Positions 1 to 13,449 of a DNA stretch of 64,000 nt are shown here, piece by piece. The position numbers were made by a program, and so were the translations under genes. The DNA is from Octopus vulgaris (taxonomy: Eukaryota): the NCBI GenBank assembly GCA_951406725.2, contig OX597819.1:8680001-8744000 (forward strand). The letters run 5' to 3'. The notes beneath the pieces are model-generated. The model did not search any database. It was not told the DNA's origin and was given only the letters and a program-made list of their open reading frames with translations. How positions within the stretch are numbered: position 1 is the stretch's first letter; the number at the start of each line of letters is the position of its first letter.

Positions 1-429
1 ATATATGCCACGTAAACAAGCACTTACACTTAAACGGCGTGTAAGGAAAATTGGCTTCAGCTCTGTTGCTCTGTTGCTGTAATATAAATAGCCAAGTTCA
101 CCTGGTGGTCAATTGTTTCAGGTCCATCAATCATTTCTCCACCGAGAAAAACATTTCTTACCACATTTTGTCGAATATGTAATTGACCATTAATAAATAA
201 TAAATAGAAGCTCGATTGTATTTTATTACATAGTATGAGATTTTTTTCGTTCTACATCACGCCATAACTGATTATTATACACACACATATGTATGTATGT
301 ATCAATATATCTGTCTGTGTGTCGGTCTTCCTAGCTACATATCTGTCTGTGTGTCTGTCTCTCTTTCTTTCTTTCTTTCTTTCTCAAACTCATTCTCTCT
401 GTGTATATGTTTATATATGTGTGTATATA

Positions 430-430
<1 letters not shown>

Positions 431-512
<82 letters not shown>

Positions 513-530
513 ATAATAATAATAATAATA
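431..530. repeat. (TAG)n/(TAA)n microsatellite
   Basis: Directly visible triplet run; source of the poly-V/poly-L ORFs at 297 and 331. Confidence 0.95.
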
Positions 531-1000
531 GTCTTTGAGTGGAATTTATAAATATTTTATGCATCGCTACGCGCGTTTCCACAAATCGCATCTTTCTTAA
601 GATCATAGTCCGTATTCCTGGGATGATTACAGTACAGTTCATAGTATTCATGGACATCGGGTAGATCATGTTCATGCATTCATTCCTTCGGGTTGTTTAT
701 CAATTTTGATGATTGAGAAGGTTGATTGGGGTATGTACGCATTTCTGTATATATTTTGTAGGGAAGAGAGGAAGGTACTGGAAAGAGAGGCAGGAATTGT
801 AACGAGATGGAGATGTATTTGGTGAAGTTGGATTTTTTTGTCTATTTGAGTATGCAGATGTCAAGATGGGTAGTGTAGTTCTTTGGTTTGATCTTATTCA
901 CAGCAGGTCTCTCCTCAATGAAGTAGTCGAGTTAGCAGGTACAGCCACTACAGCCACTACAGCCCTTTAGTTTTTGGAGTTCATTTCTTAGTTGACAAAT
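531..1000 (-). mobile_element. Decayed retroelement 3' end, probably a Penelope-like pLTR; paralog of 2230-2720
   Basis: Shares tttatgca..gctacgcgcgtttccacaaatcgcat..tcttaagatca.agtccgtatt..tgggatgatt with 2258-2330. The minus strand has GAAACGCGCGTA, a hammerhead-like GAAA-palindrome-UA, and abuts a triplet tail. Confidence 0.45.
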
Positions 1001-1480
1001 GATACCTACTTAAAAATGACCTTTTTAATTACCTTTGCTGGTTTGATAAGTGCCAACGCACGAAAATCTTGGACATTGAGTCACTCTGTTACTTCTGCTA
1101 AATATTAATATGTGTATGCGTTTTGCTTTAGCTATCTTTATTTCTTATAGTTGCTAGACTGAGGCCCTGCTGGGACACCGCCTTGAAGAATTTCAGTCTG
1201 AGGAATCGACTGCAGCACTTCCATTAAGCCTATTGTCTTGAAAATAAATGAATATGACAGGTAAGTGTATACAAACGGGTAATATAAGATGAAGATTGAT
1301 GTCACCAATACAGGAGTGCGGATATATAGTTTATTAGAAGCGAGGTCCTTCATGTGTAGAAGAGTTTAGGAAATATAGCCGAATCTGAATCTGGAACCAT
1401 GTTGTTGGAAAGCAAACTATTTCTTACCAAACAGCCATGCCTGTGTCTGCCTGCCCGTCTGTCTGTCTATCTTTCTTTGC

Positions 1481-1554
<74 letters not shown>

Positions 1555-2066
1555 GAAAAATAAAAACTGGGACAAGAACGTAAAACATTTAGGAGAGGAT
1601 ACAAAAAACACGGACGGGACATTCGAAGCCTTCAATCTTCAGTCAAGAACCGGATCATCCTAGCAATTTCGGCTGGTTAATCTTGAGATCGCTCCGATCC
1701 GGCCAGCTCCAAGGAAAAAAATAAGCTACGAGCATTAGATTTCTTGGAAGAAGGATCGAATGTATATGAAACAGGGACAGAAAAACGGACGATGCCACAC
1801 GAATATAAAATACAAAAAACAATAATGGTAAAAACAGGACAAATACAGCGGGTGTCTTACGACTAATAAACAGTACAACAAGTTTAGCTGGCGTATTTGG
1901 AAAAAATGCCTTTATCGGCAGACGAAGACAACGATGTTCTCACGGCAGTGGTCGGAGGCCAAATGTAATATGCGACAATTATTCGGTAGCCATGATAAAA
2001 CTCCGAGTTTCGAATGCCGAGGTGGAAATCCACGCCGCCATCTCTTCAGTTATCCGGCCAACCGAA
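1555..2066 (-). mobile_element. Penelope-like pLTR stub flanked by (TA)n; paralog of 45350-45848
   Basis: (TA)n on both sides. Shares blocks with 45350-45848 (tagtcg.aagacacc; ttggagctggcc...cgaaattgc; gactga.ga...cttcgaatg). Carries a hammerhead motif. Confidence 0.6.
1982..2066 (-). ncRNA. Type I hammerhead ribozyme motif
   Basis: Minus strand: ttcggttggccg GATAA CTGAAGA [imperfect stem II gatggcggcgtgg-attt-ccacctcggcattc] GAAA CTCGGAG TT TTATC atggctaccgaa. Canonical core, stem I GATAA/TTATC with distal extension, predicted cleavage after GUU. Confidence 0.75.
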
Positions 2067-2229
2067 ATATATATATATATATCTTTTTAATTAAATGGGA
2101 AACGTTTTGAATATGCAAATAAAGGTTCTATTCCATTATGTCAGCCACCGTCTAATGATGTTGACTAATTTTTCGGAAATTCATCAAGTTGTACCAATAT
2201 AATGTAGGATAAATATAATAATAATAACA

Positions 2230-2720
2230 ATAATCCTTGGATAGAATTTATAAACATTTTATGCAATGCTACGCGCGTTTCCACAAATCGCATGATTCTT
2301 AAGATCACAGTCCGTATTTCTGGGATGATTTCAGTGTAGTCCGTAGTATCCGTGGGGTTCATTATCATTAATTCATTTCTTCAGACGATATAATATTAGT
2401 TGATGTACAGCAGAGTTATATGGAGATGGAGGTGTGTGGTGGTATTGAATTTATTTTGCTATCCATGTAAAGGATGTGTTAAGGATGTGTAGTACATTAC
2501 TTTGTTTGATTTCATTTAAGGCATGAATATCTTCAATAAATTCTAAACTCAACAGGTCATAGGATATTGCTGATATATTTATCATTGAGAATTGATGAAT
2601 GCTACCATCTAATGTGATCATTGGCCTTTACATTGCTTCTATTGGTATAGTGTATAACACGTCAAATATTGATTGCTTCGTCTATTTGTTTAGGTTCCTT
2701 CGATTTTCTATCATGTGTTA
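2230..2720 (-). mobile_element. Decayed retroelement 3' end, paralog of 531-1000
   Basis: Sequence similarity to 531-700 and an adjacent (AAT)n tail. Confidence 0.45.
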
Positions 2721-2838
2721 TTTCTTTTCAAAATATTTTTCAAACACACATACAAACATGCATACATACATACATACATGCATACATACATACATACATA
2801 CATACATATACATGTACATATACATATATATATACAGG

Positions 2839-2999
2839 ACGGGCTTCTTCCAGTTTCCATCTATCAAATCTACTCAGAAGGCTTTGGTCGGCCCGAGGCT
2901 ATAATAGAAGACAATTCCTCTAGAGGCGACGCAGTGGGACTGAACCCTGAACCATGTAGTTGGCAAGCAATCTACTTAACACACAGCCACGCCTGCGCC

Positions 3000-3000
<1 letters not shown>
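2839..3000 (-). mobile_element. SINE family A, 5' half
   Basis: Reverse complement of the ggcgcagg.gtggctgtgt...gggttcagtcccactgcg head. Confidence 0.8.
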
Positions 3001-4480
<1,480 letters not shown>

Positions 4481-4814
4481 TACATGTATATATATATATA
4501 TTCAGGGTTAATAGTGAAACTATTAAAACTGAAAGTATTATCTCACACCACAGTAGAGACGTTATTGCTTCTTTTTACACGTAATACTGAGATAGTGTAA
4601 GAGATAAAAGATTCCTCTGGGACCGCATGAGGCAAGAAGTTGAACTTGTTTCGCCCATGACACTGCATGAACAATAAGGAAGTTATGTGTAAAACTTGAA
4701 CGAAATCGGCCAGCTGGATTTAGTGATGCACACATACAGACACGCGCATGCAAACACACACATATTCTTAGTTTATATATAGAGACATAAATAAATAAAT
4801 ATATATTCCGACCG

Positions 4815-5030
4815 TGGAGGCGCAATGGCCCAGTGGTTAGGGCAGCGGACTTGCGGTCGGAGGATCGCGGTTTCGATTCCCAGACCGGGCGTTGTGTGTG
4901 TTTATTGAGCGAAAACACCTAAAAGCTCCACGAGGCTCCGGCAGGGGATGGTGGTGATCCCTGCTGTACTCTTTCACCACTCTAAAAGGCGGTGCTCCAG
5001 CATGGCCGCAGTCAAATGACTGAAACAAGT
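4815..5030 (+). mobile_element. Chimeric SINE: family B head and body fused to family A tail
   Basis: ggaggcgcaatggcccagtggttagggc...ctctttcaccac followed directly by taaaaggcggtgctccagcatggccgcagtcaaatgactgaaacaag. Confidence 0.75.
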
Positions 5031-5059
5031 GCAACAAAAAAAAAAAAATATGTATAATA

Positions 5060-5210
5060 GGCGCAGGTAAGTAGCTTGCTGATCTACCACATGGTTCCGG
5101 GTTCAGTCCCACTGCGTGGAATCTTGGGCAAGTGTCTTCTGCTATAGCCCCGGGCCGACCAATGCTTTGTGAGTGGATTTGGTGGACGGAAACTGAAAGA
5201 AGCCCGTCGG

Positions 5211-5244
<34 letters not shown>

Positions 5245-5392
5245 TTGTGTGTCCCGTCACTTAGCGGTTCGGCAAAAGAGACCGATAGAATAAGTACTGG
5301 GCTTACAAAGAATAAGTCCCGGGGTCGATTTGCTCGATTAAAGGTGGTGCTCCAGCATGGCCGCAGTCAAATGACTGAAACAAGTAAAAGAG
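5060..5392 (+). mobile_element. SINE family A with internal deletions
   Basis: Matches the family A head, internal (TA)(TG) tract and aagtaaaagag tail. Confidence 0.85.
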
Positions 5393-5878
5393 TATGTGTG
5401 TGTGTGTGTGTGTGCGTGTATAAATTCGGTGTGTTGCGTTGCAATTACTTAATGAATGAAAAATGTATGGTAAATAAACAAACAACATAATGTGTACTGA
5501 ATGTGAAAATGAACGGGAGACAAACAGAATACTTCATCAGTTTTCGACCAATTGGTAATGAATATACACATACATAAATACATGCATACATTGAAATATA
5601 TATCATATACTCATTTATTCTCCCTCACTCCCCATCCGTTGCTCCCGAGGCTCCCACGTGACCATCAGCCATCTTTCTTTCTCTAGCTAGGGTTGATACA
5701 TTTACACAAGCATCTTCATTTTGTTTTGGTTTTTTATGTTCTCGTTTCTCATTCTGTCCACATTTTTTGATGTCCTGTACCCATATATGCATGTATATAT
5801 ACGTATATATATAGGTATGTACATATATGTATATATGCATATATTTATATATTATTTATATTATTATTATATATATAC

Positions 5879-6041
5879 AGCAGGAGTGGCTGTGTGGTAA
5901 GTAGCTTGCTAACCAACCACATGGTTCCGGGTTCAGTCCCACTGCGTGGCATCTTGGGCAAGTGTCTTCTGCTATAGCCCCGGGTCGACCAATGCCTTGT
6001 GAGTGGATTTGGTAGACGGAAACTGAAAGAAGCCTGTCGTA

Positions 6042-6105
<64 letters not shown>

Positions 6106-6329
6106 GTATGTGTGTGTGTTTGTGTGTCTGTGTTTGTCCCCCTAGCATTGTTTGACAACCGATGCTGGTGTGTTTACGTCCCCGTCACTTAGCGGTTCGG
6201 CAAAAGAGACCGATAGAATAAGTACTGGGCTTACAAAGAATAAGTTCCGGGGTCGATTTGCTCGACTAAAGGCGGTGCTCCAGCATGGCCGCAGTCAAAT
6301 GACTGAAACAAGTAAAAGAGTAAAAGAGT
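5879..6329 (+). mobile_element. SINE family A: tRNA-derived head, internal microsatellite, (GTAAAAGA)n tail
   Basis: A-box-like tggctgtgtgg and B-box-like gggttcagtccc. More than 15 copies in the window. Confidence 0.9.
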
Positions 6330-7464
6330 ATATATATTTGTATGTATATATATGTATATGTGTATAGATAGATAGATAGATACACACACACACATACACA
6401 CACATACGCGCGCGCACATGGGTTTATACCTACTGATACATTTTCACAAGCATCTTCATTTTGGCTGTTTTAGTCAAAACACTACGGCGACTGTGACTCT
6501 CGAACTTCATCAAACACTTTTCGGTAGTTTTCTTAGCATGTTGAACTGTATCGTTTGTTGAATTCACAAATATAGACTGTTGTTACTGTGTTGTCCATGC
6601 CAAGGATATCTCGTATTTCTTTTCCGATACTCGTCATATTACTCGCTCGATCCACTTGAACAAGAGTAAATCCATATACACTGCCCCAAGAATTAAGATA
6701 ACGCGAACCTAGTAATTTGGCTTACCTACTACATGATACTTAATCAACGCTTATATTAACTATGTGTGTGTATATGTCACAAGATAGCGGAGGTGTGTTT
6801 GTGCTTATTGACATGCCATGGCTTCATTATATATGTGTGTATTCTGTAAGTGTGTATGTGTGTTAACGTCCCCGAAGCCATGTTGTTTTTCGTCAAGAAA
6901 TAACAAACAAAAATGGTGTTTAATCGTTTTCATTAATAAATAAAGGTCCAAATATCACAAAAATATGTACTGCACGAAAATAAATATGCAAAACAAAATC
7001 AAGATAAAACATAGTCTTTTTGAGACATTTCGAGTACACACAAAGCTCCCTAGTTTTAGTATTATTAAGATTCTATATACTTTTAAAAGTTTTTTTCTTG
7101 CATATAGAAACTCTTCCAATTGAGGATGAACTCTATGCTATGTCGATCGAGTAGGTTATTACAGGCTAACATAAGCGTTGCGGAAGAGTTGTCAACAAAT
7201 GGTAGACGTGCATTTGAATGCTGTCATGTTGTTGCTTAGATCTTCTAAATATTTTTCGAGTATGTGTCTTAACATTAAGTTGACGGATCGTGGTAACGTT
7301 TTGACGGACATTTTCCACCATTATATTTCTTCTCGTGGAAGTTGATTCTATGCTTACATGGTTGACAGCTCTAACGTTGATATCGTGTCTTGTTGGAATG
7401 TGTAAGGTACCCACACGCTTGTGTGTGTGTGTATATATATATATAAATGTGTGTGAGTGCATAT

Positions 7465-7885
7465 ACTCTTTTACTCTTTACTCTTTTACTTGTTTCAGTC
7501 ATTTGACTGCGGCCATGCTGGAGCACCGCCTTTAGTCGAGCAACTCGACCCCGGGACTTATTCTTTTGTAAGCCCAGTACTTATTCTATCGGTCTCTTTT
7601 GCCGAACCGCTAAGTAACCGGGACGTAAACACACCAGCATCGGTTGTCAAGCAATGCTAGGGGAACAAACACAGACACACAAACATACACGCACACACAC
7701 ATATTTATATATACATATATACGACGGGCTTCTTTCAGTTTCCGTCTACCAAATCCACTCACAAGACATTGGTCGGCCCGGGGTTATAGCAGAAGACTCT
7801 TGCCCAAGGTGCCACGCATTGGGACTGAACCCGGAACCATGTGGTTGGTTAGCAAGCTACTTACCACACAGCCACTCCTCCGCCT
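7465..7885 (-). mobile_element. SINE family A
   Basis: Full-length reverse-complement copy. Confidence 0.9.
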
Positions 7886-8084
7886 AATATATATATATAT
7901 TAAAATTTATGCTCATTCCTTTTATGTTTTTGATGTTCGGAAAAAGGTTGGGTGCCTCCTGGTGGATCATTTCACGGTTTGTTGACCGCTCTTCAGAGAA
8001 TACACATTTCCTTTCCTTCTCCTATCAATAGCACAGAAATGTCAGCTGTTACATAAATAAAGAAGATTATATTTCTAATATGTA

Positions 8085-8480
8085 AGTTAGCTAGTTGATT
8101 TCATTTTCTGAAAGCCTTCGCTTTTCCAAATTATTACGTAGGTATTTACTAATAAAACCAAGAGCACCGATTATTATTGGTTTAAGCGTGAATTTATAAT
8201 TCGGAAATAAAACCTGGAGGTTCCGAGGCAACTGTCGGTGGTAATATTTCTCTTTGGTTTTCGAAGACTTACACATCGTCAGGGCAGCTGACGTTGCGTA
8301 CATTCTCTTGTCCGTCCCAAACAATTATAACCAGCCTGTTATGCTTACATATAGTGAAAACGTCTTGATGAGAATGTTCCACTAATATTCTTCGCGTTGA
8401 TTTTCATGTGTAAATTCAGTAAAAGGAGGATTCTCTATATCAAGGGGCAGTCATTATTCTTAGCGACAACGTCTTGCCGC
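8085..8480 (-). pseudogene. Relic restriction-like endonuclease domain of an RLE-type LINE (R4/Dong-like)
   Basis: Translation KEKYY..LPRNLQVLFPNYKFTLKPIIIGALG resembles the K..KY...L....PIIIGALG C-terminus of R4-clade LINEs; broken frames. Confidence 0.6.
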
Positions 8481-8553
8481 AGGGGGAGTTAGTATCTTAA
8501 TGACATATATGCATGAACATATATGCATATATATATATATACATATACAACAA

Positions 8554-8778
8554 GGCGGCGAGCTGGCAGAAACGTTAGCGCGCCGGGCGAAATGCTAAGC
8601 GATATTTTGTCTGCCGTTACGTCCTGAGTCCAAATTCCACCGAGGTCGACTTTTATCCTTTCGGGGTCGATAAATAAAGTACCAGTTACGCACTAGGGTC
8701 GATGTCATCGACTTAATTTCTTTGTCTTTCCTTGTTTGTCCCCTCTATGTTTAGCCCGTAGTGGGCAATAAAGAAATT
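8554..8778 (+). mobile_element. SINE family C (tRNA-derived)
   Basis: ggcggcgagctggcagaaacgttagc...gagt.caaattcc.ccgaggtcgact...gggcaataaagaaa; about 12 copies in the window. Confidence 0.85.
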
Positions 8779-8794
8779 TATATACATATATAAC

Positions 8795-9070
8795 AATAAA
8801 CGTCACCCTTTTCCAGCCTAGCCAGACTCATGGTCCCGGTTTCCCGGTTTCTGTAGTGTATGTGTTCCCCCCAGTTGGACGGACCTCCGTCCATCGCAGC
8901 GTTACTCAAGAAACAGGAAGGGAGAGTGATAGAAAGTTGTGGCGAAAGTGTACAACAGGGGTTGCCACCACCCCATGCCAGAGCCTCATGGAGCTCTTAG
9001 GTGTTTTCGCTCAATAAGCACACACAACACCCAGTCTGGGAATCGAAACCACGATACATTGCACCTCCAC
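8795..9070 (-). mobile_element. SINE family B variant (middle M1, alternative tail T2)
   Basis: Family B head and body joined to the gagtaacgctgcgatggac...gaaaccgggaaaccggg.ccatgagtct tail shared with 10543-10795. Confidence 0.75.
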
Positions 9071-9076
9071 GCACAT

Positions 9077-9145
<69 letters not shown>

Positions 9146-9146
<1 letters not shown>

Positions 9147-10065
9147 TGTGCAAAATCTAACTAGAGATCCAAAAATGAATGACATCCTGAAAACACACAA
9201 ATTCATCAAATGTAAAAAGCAAGACAAATCGCTAAAGAGACTACTAACAAATGCGAAGCTTTACAAAACAACCACGAAACCAACGGTTCAAAAAGTGTGG
9301 ACGCCCAAACTGTGGAACCTGCCTCAACCTACTTGAAGGCTCGGATTTCCTTTTCAAACAAGGACAGAGGTTCACAATTAAAACTAGTTTCACTTGTGCC
9401 TCTGAGTACCTAATTTATGCAATAACCTGCTCGGGTTGCGGACAGAACTATATTGGACAGACGAGTATGACCTTGAGAAAGAGTATCACTCTACATAACG
9501 AGCAAATCCGTTTCCCGCAATACAGGCAAATTCCTCTCAGTGTACAAATAGAAAATGTGCAGATAACATCAAACCAACTTTCACAGTATTCCCTTTCTAC
9601 CAGTGCAAAGACACAATCTCTCCACAAAAATGTTTAAATAAAGAAACAGTTTTCATTGAAAAATACAGAACACGTCTTAATATGCAGGCATAACCAACTT
9701 TTATCTTTTTACATATTTCAATTCACGATTACATCACTGTACATAAATCCCCTCACTAAACAAGGTTTTTCGAAACTTGTTTTGGTCTGTACATATATAT
9801 TCCCCTCCCATTACCGAAAGCTGAACAGTTATCTCCCTTACCCACAACAATAACAATAATTACGATAACCAATTACCCCCCCCTTATTTTTCTATTTGTG
9901 AAGACATTCACTCGTAAATATCATCACATACAACATGGACAAAATTTCTTAAGAAAATATATATTCAAATAAGTAAAACATAATATGATGAATAGCGATA
10001 GCGAAATCGGTCGATATATTAAAAATTATATTAAAACTGTGCGTATTTTCCTTTTCTAATTTCTT
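9146..10065 (+). mobile_element. 5'-truncated Penelope-like (Neptune-type) element: frameshifted GIY-YIG endonuclease plus 3' UTR
   Basis: ORFs 9001 and 9251 give KPTVQK/CGRPNCGTC...FTCASEYLIYAITCSGCGQNYIGQT, clearly homologous to the C-terminus of ORF 18321. Inserted in (TA)n. A decayed hammerhead (TGATGA...GAAATCGGTC) lies near 9985-10015. Confidence 0.85.
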
Positions 10066-10079
10066 ATATACACACACAC

Positions 10080-10119
<40 letters not shown>

Positions 10120-10244
10120 ATGTGTGTATGTATTTGTATATATATATGTATGTACATATATATATGTATGTATGTATGTATATATATATATATGCATAAA
10201 TAAATATATATTTTTTTATATATATATATGTATATATGTATATA

Positions 10245-10297
<53 letters not shown>

Positions 10298-10401
10298 TAA
10301 TAAAAGGAATTCCAACCTTGTCTGATTTTCACGTTTTATTTACAATCTTATAATGATATAAGATAATATAATATAAGAGAATGTTAAATGTTCATTCTGA
10401 T

Positions 10402-10446
10402 TGAACTAGTACTTTCATGCATTAAATTCTGCAATCTTCAGGTTCA
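10402..10446 (-). ncRNA. Minimal type I hammerhead ribozyme motif
   Basis: Minus strand: TGAAC CTGAAGA T-TGCA gaatttaa TGCA-T GAAA GTAC TA GTTCA. Perfect 5-bp stem I, palindromic AGTACT stem III, U-U mismatch at the base of stem II. Lies in a roughly 200-bp stub (10297-10503) between (TA)n runs. Confidence 0.8.
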
Positions 10447-10502
10447 TGTAGTAGTGTTGACAGTCATGCTCCACAATTTTTGACAGTCAATCACACACAT
10501 TC

Positions 10503-10540
<38 letters not shown>

Positions 10541-10542
10541 GT

Positions 10543-10795
10543 GTGGAGGAGTGTCGCTTAGTGGTTTGAGTGTTAGAATCATGATCATCAGATTGTGGTT
10601 TCGATTCCTGGACCGGGCGACGCGTTGTGCTCTTGAGCAAAACACTTAATTTCACGTTGCTCCAGTCCACTCAGCTAGTAAAAATCAGTAACGCTGCGAT
10701 GGACTGGCATCCAGCTGGGGAACACATGCGCCATAGAAACCGGGAAACCGGGCCCATGAGTCTCGCTAGGCTTTAAAAGGGCGCATTTATTTTTA
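10543..10795 (+). mobile_element. SINE: family B-like head, CORE-like middle M2, tail T2
   Basis: B-box ggtttcgattcc; ttgagcaaaacacttaatttcacgttgctccagtccactcagct; gctgcgatggactggcatcc tail. Confidence 0.75.
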
Positions 10796-11009
10796 TTTAT
10801 ATATATATACGTATGTATACATACAGAAACACAGACAAACATATATTTGAAAGTCTATGAGGGTTACTTAATACTGTTTTTGAAATGTAAAGGTGTCTTT
10901 TTATTTATTTCATTTACTAACATTTTTGGTAAGGTTTTTGCTAGTGTGTGATCGCTTTCGTTAAAACTTTTCAAACACACGTGTTCTTAAAGAGGAAGTT
11001 GTTATTTTT

Positions 11010-11170
11010 GAGTAAAAGAGCAGTGCATGCCATCAAAGTGACACTGGGGTAAAATATACGAAGCTCAGAATACCCATCATGACTACCCGCCTGATAAGGG
11101 TACACTAGGCACATGCATCACAACCATATCAAGATAAATCGCACATAACCTTGCAGGAGGGACCCAGTTA
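11010..11170 (-). mobile_element. 3' fragment of the repeat at 44862-45288
   Basis: gagcagtgcatgccatcaaagtgacactggggtaaaatatacgaagc is the reverse complement of 45232-45281. Confidence 0.75.
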
Positions 11171-11790
11171 GACTTTTTTATAGTTTTACTTGATAGAAGC
11201 AAAATGGTGTAGCGAAAATAATATTTGAATACAAGCCGTTGAAATCAACAGTAGGCGTCGTTTCATTGTGCGTTCACATAGTATACTTAATTTCACATGC
11301 TCCAAATCATATTTTTGCCAAGGAAAGGTCACTGATCGACCAGGAATATTATTTACTTCAGATCACGCGCGTAAGACAGAGGCTTTATGCGCACACTCAT
11401 CCTCTAAGACAGAGCAAGCATATCTCCCTCAAACCAACAGTGCAATTTTGAAAAGGAAGAAACACATTGTACAATGCTCGAGGGATCGTGATGGTCATGC
11501 CTGGAAGGCCTTTGATCACATATCTGCTTGATCAAGGCTAACCTAGGCTTAATCAATAACATCAAATTGCTTAACGCCATGTAAGCGAATACTAGAAGCG
11601 TTTCCATTTGTTTTTACATAATTACTTGAGCCAGTTTATATATCTGCTGGCTGTTGGGAATATATGTCAGATTTCACAGGAAGCAGCAAGCAGATCGATA
11701 ACTCAGATCACACATTAATGAAGAGCACTGATCAAACAAATTATTCTATTGAAACGTAAAATTGCGTGAGATAATAGAACACACATTCAT

Positions 11791-11832
<42 letters not shown>

Positions 11833-12351
11833 ATACACGTATACACGTGCGGAAACAAATTATACATATTCATATGTGCATATATACGTGTGTGTGAGAC
11901 TATGCGTCTACACACGCACACACACACACATATGTATATATATGTATGTATGCATTGCATGTATGCATGTATGTATGTATGCATGCATGCATGTATGTAT
12001 GTATGTATGTATGTATGTATGTATGTATATATGTATGTATGTATACATATATGTATGTTTGTATGCCTCATATAAAAAATATATATATATATTTGTGGGT
12101 TTCAGTAAACGGTTTACGGCCATGATGGGGCACCGCCTTTAATGGTTTATCACGTTGTATTGATCCCAGTTGTTGTTTCATTGTCCAACTGTTAAACCGC
12201 TGGACGTAAACCGAACCAGTATAAATAAATACCGGTTTTTAGATCGGTGTAAACAAACGAACAGGTACACAGATGCATTACATACAAATTATATACATAT
12301 ATAGACGTGTGTTTAAGTACGTGTATGTTTGTGTATGCTTTATATATAAAA

Positions 12352-12400
<49 letters not shown>

Positions 12401-12415
12401 CATATATATATATAT

Positions 12416-12446
<31 letters not shown>

Positions 12447-12469
12447 CATACATACATATATATATATAT

Positions 12470-12537
<68 letters not shown>

Positions 12538-12538
<1 letters not shown>

Positions 12539-12667
12539 GAGTGACCACTATGTGGTTCACTCTAGTGCTAAAAATAGCTCCGCTAATGGTATAGCCACAA
12601 CTTTTAGTGGCTATACCATTTGCGGAGCTATTTTTAGCACTAGAGTGAACCACATAGTGGTCACTCT
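12538..12667. repeat. Near-perfect 61-bp-arm inverted repeat (fold-back pLTR-like stub)
   Basis: 12538-12598 versus 12607-12667, one mismatch, 8-nt loop. Relatives at 23691-23842 and 40951-41186. Confidence 0.9.
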
Positions 12668-12790
12668 CTAATATTTATGTATAAATTTGTATTTTTCCCT
12701 TGGTTTTTATGTGCTAAGCCACTTGGTGTTAAATTGATGGTATTATTAAATTAATATCAAATTTTTCACCCTCATTTATAAATTTATATA

Positions 12791-13205
12791 GGCGCAGGAG
12801 TGGCTGTGAGGTAAGTAGCTTGCTTACCAACCACATGGTTCCGGGTTCAGCCCCTCAGTCCCACTGCGTGGCACCTTGGGCAAGTGTCTTCTACTATAGC
12901 CTTGTGACCAAAGCCTTGTGAGTGGATTTGGTAGACGGAAACTGAAAGGAGCCCGTCGTATATGTGTGTGTGTGTGTGTGTGTATGTGTGTATGTTTGTG
13001 TGTGTGTGTGTGTGTATGTGTGTGTGTGTGTGTGTGTGTGCGTTTGTTTGTCCCCCCCAACATTGCTTGACTGATGTGTTTGCGTCCCCATCACGTAGCG
13101 GTTCGGCAAGAGAAACCGATAGAATAAGTACTAGGCTTACAAAGAATAAGTCCCGGGGTTGCTTTCCTCGACTAAAGGCGGTGCTCCAGCATGGCCGCAG
13201 TCAAA
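12791..13205 (+). mobile_element. SINE family A
   Basis: Head, (TG)n interior and tail present. Confidence 0.9.
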
Positions 13206-13219
13206 TATAAACATTTATA

Positions 13220-13292
<73 letters not shown>

Positions 13293-13449
13293 CGTGACTT
13301 AGTGGTCAGGATGTCACGGTGGCTTCGATTCCCAACCCGGCGGTAAGTTGTGTTCTTAAGCAAATTTAAATGTAGCTCTATCCTATCCAGACCCTTCTTA
13401 AGCTAGGCATCTATTTCTAGCTATCCCTACTGACCAATGACCATCTCTC

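Noticed and set aside
565-660. GAAACGCGCGTA with an upstream pairing arm (also at 2268-2355)
   Set aside because: The CUGAnGA box is not intact in either copy; at most a decayed ribozyme.
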